In this document: in pieces, positions 46,023-56,173 of the stretch | Position numbering within the stretch: position 1 is the stretch's first letter | Layout of the letters: every line of letters starts with the position of its first letter | NCBI GenBank assembly: GCA_022821495.1 | Contig: JAJEDN010000078.1 | Coordinates: forward strand, 30,612-94,611 | Direction: 5' to 3' | Origin: Candidatus Poribacteria bacterium | Lineage (GTDB): Bacteria; Poribacteria; WGA-4E; WGA-3G | Length of the DNA stretch: 64,000 nucleotides | Made by a program: the position numbers and the translations under genes | The notes under the pieces: model-generated | Database searches by the model: none | The model's input: only the letters and a program-made list of their open reading frames with translations | Told to the model about the DNA's origin: nothing

Positions 46023-47033
46023 ATGTTTAAAAGAATTGCCTTATTCATGCATAGAATGGATAGCAAGTCCCGAATTCCAGTGATCTCTTTACTTTTAATC
46101 GGGGTTCTCGCCACACATCCCGTCTTTTATAGCTGCAGCGACAAAGCAATCGGTGCTGATGGAACAGTTATCGCTGAATTTGAATGGAACGGTAAACACC
46201 ACATCACTCTTGAAGAGATGATGCAAGAGATTAGCGAACTCCCGGAATACAAGCAACGGCAATATCAGGACAAGTCAGGGCTCGAAACCTACATGCTCCT
46301 TATGGCTGAGAGTCGCTTAATTCTCAATCTCGCGCGCGAGCAGAAGCTCAACGAAGATGCCGAAATCCTCAAGAAAGTTCAGGACTATCTTCATGAGTTG
46401 ATGGTTAAGAAAATTACCACCCAAGAAGTTGATGACAAACTCTCCTTGAGTGAAGATGACTATATGGCACACTATGAAGCACACAAGGAGGACTACGTCC
46501 GCCCGGCACAAGTGCGACTTTTATGTATTACCTTGATCAACAAAGAACGTGCCTATGAAGTTTCCGCAGAGATTAAAGCCGGTAAAGACATCGCTGATGC
46601 TGCCCAAGAACTTTCTGATCGTGGTGAACTCGTCGGTCCTGGCGCAAATGCAGCCTCTCCTGGCGACACCGACTATTTCAGCCGGGATTCCTATCCAGCC
46701 GGAACGGAACCGTTCTTAGATGCAGCATTTACTGCTGAAATAGGGACACTTCACGATGATGTTATCGAAGTTGATGTCCAAGGACAGAAATACTACATGA
46801 TGTTCCGTAAGGACGAAGCACGCGATGAATATCAAAAACCCTTTGAGGACGAAGATGTTCGTAAGAGTGTGGAGCGGAAGGCTGAACGTGAAAAGCGGGA
46901 AGCCCTTATGATGGAATGGATTAAGCAGCTCCGCGAGCGCGCCGAAGTCAAAACCTATATTGATCGGATTCCAGAGGCGGAACCCGAAGAACCAGCGGAA
47001 GAGGCGACGGAAGAACCGGAGCCAGAGGAATAG
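46023..47033 (+). CDS. SurA-N-domain / degenerate parvulin chaperone-like protein (paralog B)
   Basis: Same architecture, with sequence similarity to paralog A (EFEWNGKHHITLEEMMQEISELPEYKQRQYQDK vs EYKWNGESHQISLADLNAAIAELPVYRQQNYEAR). Confidence 0.55.
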   Translation: MFKRIALFMHRMDSKSRIPVISLLLIGVLATHPVFYSCSDKAIGADGTVIAEFEWNGKHHITLEEMMQEISELPEYKQRQYQDKSGLETYMLLMAESRLILNLAREQKLNEDAEILKKVQDYLHELMVKKITTQEVDDKLSLSEDDYMAHYEAHKEDYVRPAQVRLLCITLINKERAYEVSAEIKAGKDIADAAQELSDRGELVGPGANAASPGDTDYFSRDSYPAGTEPFLDAAFTAEIGTLHDDVIEVDVQGQKYYMMFRKDEARDEYQKPFEDEDVRKSVERKAEREKREALMMEWIKQLRERAEVKTYIDRIPEAEPEEPAEEATEEPEPEE

Positions 47034-47091
47034 CCTTATATCCGTAAGTGTGGCGCGGTTACGGATCGCGCCACATCCTCCATAAAGGAAC

Positions 47092-48390
47092 ATGCGCATG
47101 ACTTACAAAAAAACGGTCTATCTCACGTTGATTGCCCTACTTATCGGTGGTGGATTCTCAAGCGTTTCTGCTCGCACTTTTGATAGAATCATTGCTTATG
47201 TCAACGATGACGTTGTTACCAAGCGTGAACTTGATGTCTTGGTAAAGCAGCGCGCCATGGAGCTCCAGCAGGTCTATCGCTTTAGCGAGCGTGAGGCGCT
47301 CAACGAGGCTGAACGACAGCGGCGCGAACTCTTGGACAGACTGATCCGACAAATGTTGCTTTTGGAAGCGGCGTTAACTTTAAAAGTCACCGTCACTGAG
47401 GCAGAGATCGAGCAGTACGTAAAAGACTTCAAAGACAGATACCAGATGGAGACCGATGAGGAATTTAAGAAACAGTTGAATCGTGAAGGCATGACACTCG
47501 TAGCATTTCGGGAGCAGTCGGAGCGGAATCTTAAAACCGAAAAACTTGTCATGGGCAGAATCGTTCCAAGATTGCAGGTCCGGGACAGTGAAATCCAAAA
47601 ATTTTTTGATGAGAATCGGGACCAATTGTCAACAAAAGTGGATAAAGTACATTTACGACACATTTTTATCGCCTTTAAACCCAACCAAGCCGATCGCGAT
47701 GCCGCTCATGAAAATGTCAGAAAAGCGCGTGATGAGATTCAGGCTGATGGCGCGAAATTTGAAGAATTCGCACGGCGTTACGATACTTCTAAACAGGCAG
47801 GCGTTCTCGTAGAGGCTTCCACCGAAGAATTTAGTAAATTCCCGAAACTCTTTCAGGATGCACTCGCAGATCTAACGATAGGTACACTCAGTGAACCGGT
47901 TGAAGCTGACAAAGGACTCTATGTCTTCAGAATCGAAAAGAAGACCGATGAGATGGTCGCATTCCGATATTTCATCGTTCCGCTGACTCCGAGCCCAGCG
48001 GCGATACAGGAAGCGCGCGAACAGGCTACCGATGTTTTTACAAAATTAGAAGCAGGCGAGGATTTTAGTAAACTCGCATTACTACATTCTGATGATACTG
48101 AGACGCAAGAAAATGGCGGGGACCTCGGAATCCGTTCTTTATCGGAACTCAATCCTAAAACGCGAGCAGTTGTTGAACCTTTGGCGCCGAATGCCTACAG
48201 TCAACCCTATGAAACTGAATCTGGACTCCACATCTTTAGAGTGGACGAACGAGATAGCCCAGGTTTGACTGAAGCCGAGAAGGCACAGATTACATCAATA
48301 CTTCGTCAACAGCGGTTCCAAGAAGAATGGGATGCATACACCAATAAACTTCTTGAAAACGCTTATGTTAAAATTAATCTGAAAGAGTAA
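47092..48390 (+). CDS. surA: Peptidyl-prolyl cis-trans isomerase / chaperone SurA
   Basis: RIIAYVNDDVVTKRELD SurA N-domain. Two parvulin modules, the second with GGDLGIRSLSELNPKTRAVVEPLAPNAYSQPYETESGLHIFRV. Confidence 0.8.
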   Translation: MRMTYKKTVYLTLIALLIGGGFSSVSARTFDRIIAYVNDDVVTKRELDVLVKQRAMELQQVYRFSEREALNEAERQRRELLDRLIRQMLLLEAALTLKVTVTEAEIEQYVKDFKDRYQMETDEEFKKQLNREGMTLVAFREQSERNLKTEKLVMGRIVPRLQVRDSEIQKFFDENRDQLSTKVDKVHLRHIFIAFKPNQADRDAAHENVRKARDEIQADGAKFEEFARRYDTSKQAGVLVEASTEEFSKFPKLFQDALADLTIGTLSEPVEADKGLYVFRIEKKTDEMVAFRYFIVPLTPSPAAIQEAREQATDVFTKLEAGEDFSKLALLHSDDTETQENGGDLGIRSLSELNPKTRAVVEPLAPNAYSQPYETESGLHIFRVDERDSPGLTEAEKAQITSILRQQRFQEEWDAYTNKLLENAYVKINLKE

Positions 48391-48396
48391 AAATCT

Positions 48397-51300
48397 GTGA
48401 AGAAGCGCGCGTTCGATGTGCCTACCAATCATCTACATCAAGACTCCAATATAATGCGTCCTCATAAAACTGACCTTCCGTCGTTGTCATTCCTGTCGTT
48501 CGCATCAACGTTCAGGTATGCATGTATAGCGACAACGCTATTCGTCGTTTTATGCTTTCTGGGTCCAATCCAGATGGCTATCGCGCAAGATGCGCAACCT
48601 GCTGAACCGCCAACTGTTGAGACGGAGCCATCCGAGTCCACACCTACGGATCAGCCCCCAGAAGCAGAATCCACACCTGAACAGTTGACCCCAGAGACAG
48701 ATACGCCTGAAGAAGGTGAGGAAGAACCTACACCTGAACAGTTGACTCCAGAGACAGATACACCTGAAGAAGGCGAGGCGGAATCTGCACCTGAACGGTT
48801 GAACCCAGAGACGGATACACCTGAAGAAGGCATGGTCATTGGCGATGGCGATGATATGTCTATTGTCGATAATTTCGTTCAAATCCACGGCAATGCCCTC
48901 ATCAAGTTTGAAGATGTTATTTTGCGAGCAGACCATGTCTGGGCTGACTTTGATGACAATTTGATGCGCGCAACAGGCAACGTCCATCTCATAGTCGGTA
49001 ACGAGGAAACCTATTCTGATGAGCTGATCTTCAATCTCGAAAATAAGAAAGGGATTGCACGCAACGGGTTCACATACAGCGATCCATGGTACTTCGGCGG
49101 TAGTGAAATCTTTAAAATAGAGGAGGATCGTTCCTATATCCGAGGCGCGACACTCACCACCTGTTCACTAAAACACCCACACTACTATTTCAGTGTCACT
49201 GAAGTTATCGTCCGAATGAATCAGGAGTTGATCGCCAAGAACATCGTTTTGCGTATCGGTGGATTTCCGCTCTTCTATTTTCCTGCTATGCGGCGGGATC
49301 TCCGTAAAGGGAAGGTCGCAAAGATAATCGTCAAACTTGGAACGGATAGTTACCAGGGACCCTACATTAGTATCATTCAACCGCTTGTCCGTAAACGCCG
49401 CTACGACGCTGCACTGCTCTATGATAGAAGCGCGCGGCGCGGGCAAGGCTACGGTTTTGAAGGGAAATATAGATTTTCAGATACGAAATTCCAAGAAATT
49501 TATCTCCCGATTCCGCCGGATGCAACACCAAATCAGCGCACTAAGTTAAAAGAGAAAGCCGAGGAATTACAAGAGCGACTTGAGGGTGAATACGATCGCT
49601 ATTGGTTAGAGCAGATTTTTCTGGAATATAAAATTACCGATGAGGATGTTGCGCGTGCTAAAGAGGAAGCAGAAGAACTCTTCGAGCAACTCCAAGAGGA
49701 GGACGCGGACTTTGCTGCACTCGCTCAGCAGAATTCTGATCACTCGGATACCCGTTATGACGGCGGTGATCTCGGATTCCTCGCGCGCGGTGAAACCGAT
49801 GAGGAAGGGAACCCTAAACTTGATCCCGTTCTGGAAGAAGCTGTTTTCGCACTCAATGAAGGTGAGATTACCCCTGTCGTCCAAACCGAATCCGCATTCC
49901 ATATTCTTAAAGCCGATCAGATCGTTGACGTCTATGGCGAGCGCGAGATTAAACTCCGCCGCATTGATATTGCTATTACGCCGAGTGATGACTCAAAGGA
50001 TGCACTCCGCGTATTAGCGGATGACATACTCCAACGCGCCCAGCAAGGAGAACCCTTTGAGCAACTCATTCAACTGCCCGATGGATTTACTGGGACAGCG
50101 CAGCCTGTCCTGTCCGAAATCAATGAGGGGGAAGGCTTGCCATTAAATGAGATGCAGTCTTCATGGCAATCTGCTGTTAGACGCTTGGAAGTACCAGGGG
50201 ATGTCATTGAACGCCGACCGATTACGACACCTGAGGGACTCTATATTTTTAAGTTAATCGAAAAAGAGGAAACACCCTCTTTTGAAACGATCGCGGCGCA
50301 ATTTGAGGCGGAATGGGACACATTTTTTGAGGATTTAATGAATCCTGCCCCTGAAGAAACCGAGGAAGGGGCAAATGGAACGAAACCAGGCACAACCGAT
50401 GCCACGCAATCGCAAAAGATCGATACCGCGCCAGTTGTAGAAAAGCCTATGTCAGCGTCTGAGACGACTGATACTGATGATACGCAGAGCACCGAGCAGA
50501 ATGAAAGCGAAACGGTGGAAGATGAACAGCAGAGCGTTACGCCTAATCAGACCGAAGACGTTGAAAAACTTGACCCGGAGCCTGATGCTGATGATACACA
50601 GAACGCCGAGCAGAACGAACGGGAAGAGGATAAACAAGACGACGCAGTGCCGAATCCAAACGAAGCCGATGCGCAAGACTTAGCCGCCGAAGAGAACCCT
50701 GAAGGCGGGGTGGTAGGTGAGGCAACAGCGGAAGACGAAGAAGAACTTGAAATCTATCGGAGACACGGATTTCGTGGACGCTGGGAAGATCCGAGTCCCG
50801 TCGCATCGGAGGCACAAAGTTTATATGCCGGGGATTTAGGGAGACGCCCCATTCAAACGAAAAAATCTTTTCGTCTCATCAAAGTTGATAAAAAACGGAC
50901 CTATCGGGGTGAACTCTATATCTACGGCAACGATGTGTATTCCGCCCAGCGACAGAGTGCGATCCGAACAGGAAACCGTTGGATGATGCGATGGGCGCAC
51001 ACACATTCCATCTATACACCTTGGGATAACCGCCAAGAAGGGAGACGTCCCATCAGCTTCACTGGCAGGAGCGAGCTTCGCTCCGAAAGTTATAAAGAGG
51101 AATACCAACTCCCCAATAAAGCCTCGCTCTACTCTTTCGCAATCCTTACTTATGGGACAGGTTTATCAACCTTTGATCTCGAAGATCTTGATGAAAATGG
51201 GAACCTGAAGTTTTCACGAGAGACGATTGGAGACATCACAGGTAGACTTGAGGTGCGGCACATCCACGATTTTACTGATGAAGGGTCGAGATCTCTACAG

Positions 51301-52578
51301 AAACTGCCACAATTAACGCTGAACTTTTCACGGATGCGGCTCAGCGCGTTCCCTCTTTTTGATGCCCTCAACGATAGGATGCTAACGGTTGCCGAAACAC
51401 TCGGAACGGAGACGCCTTTCCTCTCGATGTTCACATTTCCAACGCTCGAAAGCACAAGTGTTGACCTTGATATTGAGCTCGGCAACTTCTTTAGAGAAGT
51501 TTTTCGCGGTAAAGCGGGTGAGGAGCGAGATGTTTATCTCAAGACGATGGACTTGGGTTTTGATGTCCGAAAACAATCCACGCTTCTAATTACACCCTTG
51601 CGAGAACTGCAACTTAGCCTTAACCTCAACTCAAATACGATTTGGCATGACCGAGACCAGGATCAAAACAAAAACATTTTTCGCGGCGTTTTCAGTTTTA
51701 ACGGATCTGCCACAAATACGCTCTTCCGTATCTACAATGTCAGTTATATCCCTGGGCTACGGAAATTGCGCCACGAAATTCAATCCTCACTCCGATATGA
51801 TTATCAACCTGCTGTTGATAGAGATGATAACCTGTATCCGTTCGGTCCGAGTACCTATTTCTATGAACGGAAGCGGCTCACCTATAGTTTCAACACGGCT
51901 TTTGAGATTAAAACGCGACGGAGCCAGTCACCGCACCGTATCATGTATTTTGATACACGTCTCACTGCCGATTTTACAGAGTTCGACCCTTTATATGAGC
52001 GTCAGTTCGAGCCTATTGAAAGTGATTTTACAATCGTCCCGCTTCCGAGCCGAAACCTTAACATGACCTTTCGCGTCACGCATGACCCGAATCCGCATCC
52101 CGATAGTGGAGAGCAATTCAAGGTGGTCGGATTCCGTTCCAACATCCGCTACACACGAAAGGCTTGGAACGTCAGCGTCGGAAGTTCCTTTAGCAAGAGA
52201 CACACCGCGCGGCGTGCCTCCCGTTCTATTACCGCTACGGGACGTTACCGCGTGAGTCGAAATCTGGAGTTTAACGCCAGTGTTATCTACTATCCGATTG
52301 ATGGGCAGTTTTATCAACAACGTTTAAGTATGACGCGGAACCTACACGATTGGAATCTTCGGATTTCTTGGAGTCGGATCGGTATTAAACGTGAACCGCC
52401 TTACGACAATGTGCGTCAGGACTTCACGTTCCAAGTGAATCTCATCCAAGAACCGGCAGTTTCAATGGGGGTCGGCTATGACGCAACAACTGAAACGTGG
52501 GGGATCCGGACTGTACCCGCAGGCGTGCCATATAACGCATTCGGAGCCGGTAACTCACTCCGTAGGTCTTACTTCTAA
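48397..52578 (+). CDS. lptD: LPS-assembly protein LptD (OstA family) with unusual insertions: acidic PE-rich tandem repeats and two embedded parvulin-like PPIase modules
   Basis: GTG start. OstA N-domain (ADHVWADFDDNLMRATGNVHL) and TTCSLKHPHYYF LptD motif. Parvulin signature DGGDLGFLARGE...TESAFHILKA at aa ~460-520. Long C-terminal beta-barrel-like region. 57-bp x3 repeat at 48672-48838. Confidence 0.75.
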   Translation: MKKRAFDVPTNHLHQDSNIMRPHKTDLPSLSFLSFASTFRYACIATTLFVVLCFLGPIQMAIAQDAQPAEPPTVETEPSESTPTDQPPEAESTPEQLTPETDTPEEGEEEPTPEQLTPETDTPEEGEAESAPERLNPETDTPEEGMVIGDGDDMSIVDNFVQIHGNALIKFEDVILRADHVWADFDDNLMRATGNVHLIVGNEETYSDELIFNLENKKGIARNGFTYSDPWYFGGSEIFKIEEDRSYIRGATLTTCSLKHPHYYFSVTEVIVRMNQELIAKNIVLRIGGFPLFYFPAMRRDLRKGKVAKIIVKLGTDSYQGPYISIIQPLVRKRRYDAALLYDRSARRGQGYGFEGKYRFSDTKFQEIYLPIPPDATPNQRTKLKEKAEELQERLEGEYDRYWLEQIFLEYKITDEDVARAKEEAEELFEQLQEEDADFAALAQQNSDHSDTRYDGGDLGFLARGETDEEGNPKLDPVLEEAVFALNEGEITPVVQTESAFHILKADQIVDVYGEREIKLRRIDIAITPSDDSKDALRVLADDILQRAQQGEPFEQLIQLPDGFTGTAQPVLSEINEGEGLPLNEMQSSWQSAVRRLEVPGDVIERRPITTPEGLYIFKLIEKEETPSFETIAAQFEAEWDTFFEDLMNPAPEETEEGANGTKPGTTDATQSQKIDTAPVVEKPMSASETTDTDDTQSTEQNESETVEDEQQSVTPNQTEDVEKLDPEPDADDTQNAEQNEREEDKQDDAVPNPNEADAQDLAAEENPEGGVVGEATAEDEEELEIYRRHGFRGRWEDPSPVASEAQSLYAGDLGRRPIQTKKSFRLIKVDKKRTYRGELYIYGNDVYSAQRQSAIRTGNRWMMRWAHTHSIYTPWDNRQEGRRPISFTGRSELRSESYKEEYQLPNKASLYSFAILTYGTGLSTFDLEDLDENGNLKFSRETIGDITGRLEVRHIHDFTDEGSRSLQKLPQLTLNFSRMRLSAFPLFDALNDRMLTVAETLGTETPFLSMFTFPTLESTSVDLDIELGNFFREVFRGKAGEERDVYLKTMDLGFDVRKQSTLLITPLRELQLSLNLNSNTIWHDRDQDQNKNIFRGVFSFNGSATNTLFRIYNVSYIPGLRKLRHEIQSSLRYDYQPAVDRDDNLYPFGPSTYFYERKRLTYSFNTAFEIKTRRSQSPHRIMYFDTRLTADFTEFDPLYERQFEPIESDFTIVPLPSRNLNMTFRVTHDPNPHPDSGEQFKVVGFRSNIRYTRKAWNVSVGSSFSKRHTARRASRSITATGRYRVSRNLEFNASVIYYPIDGQFYQQRLSMTRNLHDWNLRISWSRIGIKREPPYDNVRQDFTFQVNLIQEPAVSMGVGYDATTETWGIRTVPAGVPYNAFGAGNSLRRSYF

Positions 52579-52784
52579 TATCCCTTTGTTCTTATCGAAC
52601 CCACCACTGAAAATGTTGCAAGGATTTGGGAAGATACGGTATAATGTCAAAGAGGTAGAAGTTTGAAAATAGCGCGAGAGATGGAGGCAAAAGTTGAAAT
52701 TCATATTAAGCCTTCGGACAAAACAGTCAATCACCAGCGAGTTTTTGTTACGTAACGATGTTTGTTTTCCGGAGAAAGACGCTA

Positions 52785-53558
52785 ATGCTACTCAAGGATC
52801 GTGTTTGCATTGTAACCGGTGGAAGTTCCGGTATCGGACGTGGCATAGCACTTGAATTCGCCCGTGAGGGCGCGTGTGTTGCTGTCGTAGATAAACGAGA
52901 AACACCCCTTCGCGGTAGATATCACGAAACCGAGGTCACAACCCCAACCGTTGTAGAGATCAAAAAACTTGGCGCGCAGGGTATATTCCTTCAAACCGAT
53001 GTCGCCGATGACTCTCAGATTGCGAACGCAATTCAGCAAACCGTCGAACACTTCGGTGGACTTGATATTCTCGTCAATAACGCCGGTATCCACATCCCTG
53101 GGGGTTCGCAAGAAATCTCGATTGCCGATTGGGATAGTGTCGTTGGCGTTAACCTCCGCGGCGTTTTCGTCGCTACGAAACTCGCAATCCCACATCTAAA
53201 GCAGTCAAAATTTGGACGAATTATCCAAATTGCCTCTGTTCACGCCTATGGCGGCGGAGCAGGACCTGCGTATGCACCCGCGAAAGCTGCTGTCGTTAAC
53301 ATGGTACGAGATACTGCCTTAGAAATCGGTCAATTCGGCATAACCGTCAACGCCATTTGCCCGGGTTATATTGAAACGGCAATTCAAGACTACCTCACCC
53401 CCGAACAGATTGAAGAAGCATTGGAAAAAACCGCCCTACCGCGTTTCGGTCTACCGAGAGACATCGGACGTGCCGCTGTTTTCCTCGCTTCCGACGACGC
53501 AGAGTGGGTCACCGGTGCGTCCCTACTCGTTGACGGTGGCTTCGCCGCAGGCGTATAG
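52785..53558 (+). CDS. SDR family oxidoreductase
   Basis: TGGSSGIGRGIA, NNAG, Y..AK catalytic pair (YAPAKAA). Confidence 0.85.
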   Translation: MLLKDRVCIVTGGSSGIGRGIALEFAREGACVAVVDKRETPLRGRYHETEVTTPTVVEIKKLGAQGIFLQTDVADDSQIANAIQQTVEHFGGLDILVNNAGIHIPGGSQEISIADWDSVVGVNLRGVFVATKLAIPHLKQSKFGRIIQIASVHAYGGGAGPAYAPAKAAVVNMVRDTALEIGQFGITVNAICPGYIETAIQDYLTPEQIEEALEKTALPRFGLPRDIGRAAVFLASDDAEWVTGASLLVDGGFAAGV

Positions 53559-53600
53559 TAGTAGGCACGTTCCGCGTGCCGTCCACAAGGGAAACAACAC

Positions 53601-54398
53601 ATGCAAACAAATCCATGGGGAACAATCCGTTTTACAGATAAAGTCGCGTTAATAACAGGAGGTGCCTCTGGCATCGGTAGAGCAACAGCGAACCGCCTCG
53701 CAGCCGAAGGCGCGCATGTTATCATCGCCGACAACAACGCCGAAATGGCGCGCACGACAGTCGCTAAAATCGAGGAGACAGGCGGTAAAGCGACCTACAT
53801 AGAAGTGGATCTTGCTGATGACGAAAGCGTCACCACCGCCGCGCAAACTGTCGCCGAAAAGTTTTCTGCACTCCACGTGCTCGTCAATAACGCTGCTATC
53901 TTGAGAAGCGGTAAAATTGAAGACGGCGCGTGGATACCCAATTGGGAACCCGAAACCGCAATCGGGCTCCGAGGTTGGGTCCTGATTACGCAGCATCTTT
54001 TACCGCTTATGAAAAAAGAGGGTGCCGCGATTGTTAACCTCTCATCGGAAGGCGGGTTTCTCGGTAGACCCGGACAGTGGATCTACGATGCCATTAAAGC
54101 CGGACTCGTCTCTCTCACCAAAACGATGGCGCAGGAATTTGTCGAATACGGTATTCGGGTTAACGCCATTGCACCGGGTTGGATCGTTACAGAGATGCAC
54201 TTCGGTAAAGCAACCGACCCTGAGGCTCAGAAGAAGGCGTTAGAGGAATTAACGATCTCCTCGTGTATCATGAAACGTCTTGCCAAACCTGAAGAGGTCG
54301 CCGCCGCTATCGCTTTTCTCCTCAGTGACGATGCCTCCTACATTACAGGTCAGACTTTACACGTTGATGGTGGTCGTTGGGGAATGTCTGTCGGTTGA
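53601..54398 (+). CDS. SDR family oxidoreductase
   Basis: TGGASGIGRATA, NNAA, Y..IK (YDAIKAG). Confidence 0.85.
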   Translation: MQTNPWGTIRFTDKVALITGGASGIGRATANRLAAEGAHVIIADNNAEMARTTVAKIEETGGKATYIEVDLADDESVTTAAQTVAEKFSALHVLVNNAAILRSGKIEDGAWIPNWEPETAIGLRGWVLITQHLLPLMKKEGAAIVNLSSEGGFLGRPGQWIYDAIKAGLVSLTKTMAQEFVEYGIRVNAIAPGWIVTEMHFGKATDPEAQKKALEELTISSCIMKRLAKPEEVAAAIAFLLSDDASYITGQTLHVDGGRWGMSVG

Positions 54399-54426
54399 TT
54401 TTCCTTTAATCTCGTCTATTTACACT

Positions 54427-54972
54427 ATGCCAAACAAAACCCACACCACAGCGGTTGTTCTGATCCCGCCAGAAAACGTACAACCCCCCATCCAAGCCAT
54501 CCGCCGGATTCATGATCGCAACTTCGAGCGTTGGATGCCCCATATAACGCTGCTCTACCCATTCGCAGCGCGTCGTGATTTCACAGAGATTACGCCCGCG
54601 CTCACAAAAGCCGCACAACAGATAACATCCTTTTCCATTGAACTCACACGTTTTAACGCTTTCAAACATCGCAAATCTTGTACGATGTTTCTTGTTCCAG
54701 AACCCGAAGACGAAATCGGTCAGTTACACAGCACGCTATTACAACACCTTCCAGACTACGACGACACCGCACAATTTGCCGGTGGGTTCCATCCTCACCT
54801 CTCCGTCGGACAATTCCAGCATCGATCTCTGCAGACCGAGCAGCAGCGTCTCCAAACCGAATGGCAGCCGATAGCGTGTGAAATGAAATCGCTCAGTCTT
54901 ATCTACCGCTCACCTCAAACAGATGACAGGTTCGTCATAGCGGAACAATTTCCGTTTCAGAAAAGGAACTAA
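54427..54972 (+). CDS. 2H phosphoesterase superfamily protein (LigT / 2'-5' RNA ligase-like)
   Basis: Two HxT/Sx motifs: HITLLYPF and HLSVGQF. Confidence 0.65.
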   Translation: MPNKTHTTAVVLIPPENVQPPIQAIRRIHDRNFERWMPHITLLYPFAARRDFTEITPALTKAAQQITSFSIELTRFNAFKHRKSCTMFLVPEPEDEIGQLHSTLLQHLPDYDDTAQFAGGFHPHLSVGQFQHRSLQTEQQRLQTEWQPIACEMKSLSLIYRSPQTDDRFVIAEQFPFQKRN

Positions 54973-54974
54973 CA

Positions 54975-56147
54975 ATGAAAACAAATATTTTCCTAACCCT
55001 AATCGCAATCTTAATTATATCTCTTGCAGGATGCGAACGCATACAACAAATCGTTGCCCGTGATGCACCCACATCGGACACGACATCTACCATCAAAATC
55101 GGCGTGATCCAACCCTCGGGACTTGCCCCCAACTTCACCAGAGGCGCGGAACTCGCCAGAACCCAAATTAACGATGCTGGCGGTCTACTCGGCATGCAAG
55201 TCGAATTTATTGTCATGGACAATCAAGGCGATCGCGAATTCCCAAACGCAGCCGAAAGCGTCCGTATTGCTAAAGTTCTCATTGAAAAGATAAACGTTGT
55301 CGCAATCTTAGGTCCCCTACTCTCAACGAATTCCATGCAAGTTGGACCCGTTGTTTCTGAGCTTCGGCGACCCATAATTACCGGTTCGTCCGGTGAGAAG
55401 GTAACCTCGACAGGCGAATTCGTCTTTATTACGGTTGTTCCGTCCTCAGTTCAAGGTATGACAACGGCACAATTCGCATTAGATCCCACCGAACTGAACG
55501 CCAAAACCGCCGCGACAATCCGTCAAGCTGGAGATGTGTACTCCGGTGCTGTCGCTGACGCTTTTGAGGCGAATTTTCAGGAACTCGGTGGAAAACTCGT
55601 CGCAAGTGAAGTCTATCAACACGGCGATAGAGATTTTGCCGCGCAGTTGACAAAAATTAAAGCCGCAGCCCCGGATGTTTTCTTAATAGCCGGTTTTAAC
55701 CCAGAGATCCCTTTATTGGCAGCACAGGCGAGGGATATAGGGATTACGGCAACCTTTATCGGTACCAATGGTTGGGATGAGTCTGACAAACTTCTTGGCA
55801 CTTTAGATGACAACGCACCTCTCGAAGGAGCTTACTTCACCAGAGGTTTCAATGTCGAGTCCGTCAGTGCTCCTGCCTTTGTTGCGGCGTACACAGCGAT
55901 GTATATCGAACCGCCGGATGGTCCCGCCGCATGGGGCTACGATGCGATGTCGCTACTCGCACTCGCCATCAAAAACGCTGGAACGCTTGATCCTGATGCC
56001 ATTCGCGATACCTTGGCAAACACAACCGACTACCAAGGCGCGACCGCTATCTCCCATTTTGATGAGAATCGCCATCCCATCAAATACCATGAACTTTACA
56101 CAATCCGCAACGGGCAGATAGAACTCTACAAGGTTGTAAGTCCATAA
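54975..56147 (+). CDS. ABC-transporter substrate-binding lipoprotein (LivJ/K branched-chain amino-acid-binding family), paralog 1
   Basis: Lipobox LAGCE. Type-I periplasmic binding fold signatures. Confidence 0.75.
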   Translation: MKTNIFLTLIAILIISLAGCERIQQIVARDAPTSDTTSTIKIGVIQPSGLAPNFTRGAELARTQINDAGGLLGMQVEFIVMDNQGDREFPNAAESVRIAKVLIEKINVVAILGPLLSTNSMQVGPVVSELRRPIITGSSGEKVTSTGEFVFITVVPSSVQGMTTAQFALDPTELNAKTAATIRQAGDVYSGAVADAFEANFQELGGKLVASEVYQHGDRDFAAQLTKIKAAAPDVFLIAGFNPEIPLLAAQARDIGITATFIGTNGWDESDKLLGTLDDNAPLEGAYFTRGFNVESVSAPAFVAAYTAMYIEPPDGPAAWGYDAMSLLALAIKNAGTLDPDAIRDTLANTTDYQGATAISHFDENRHPIKYHELYTIRNGQIELYKVVSP

Positions 56148-56173
56148 GCAATCCGCCAGACAAGGAGGTAACA

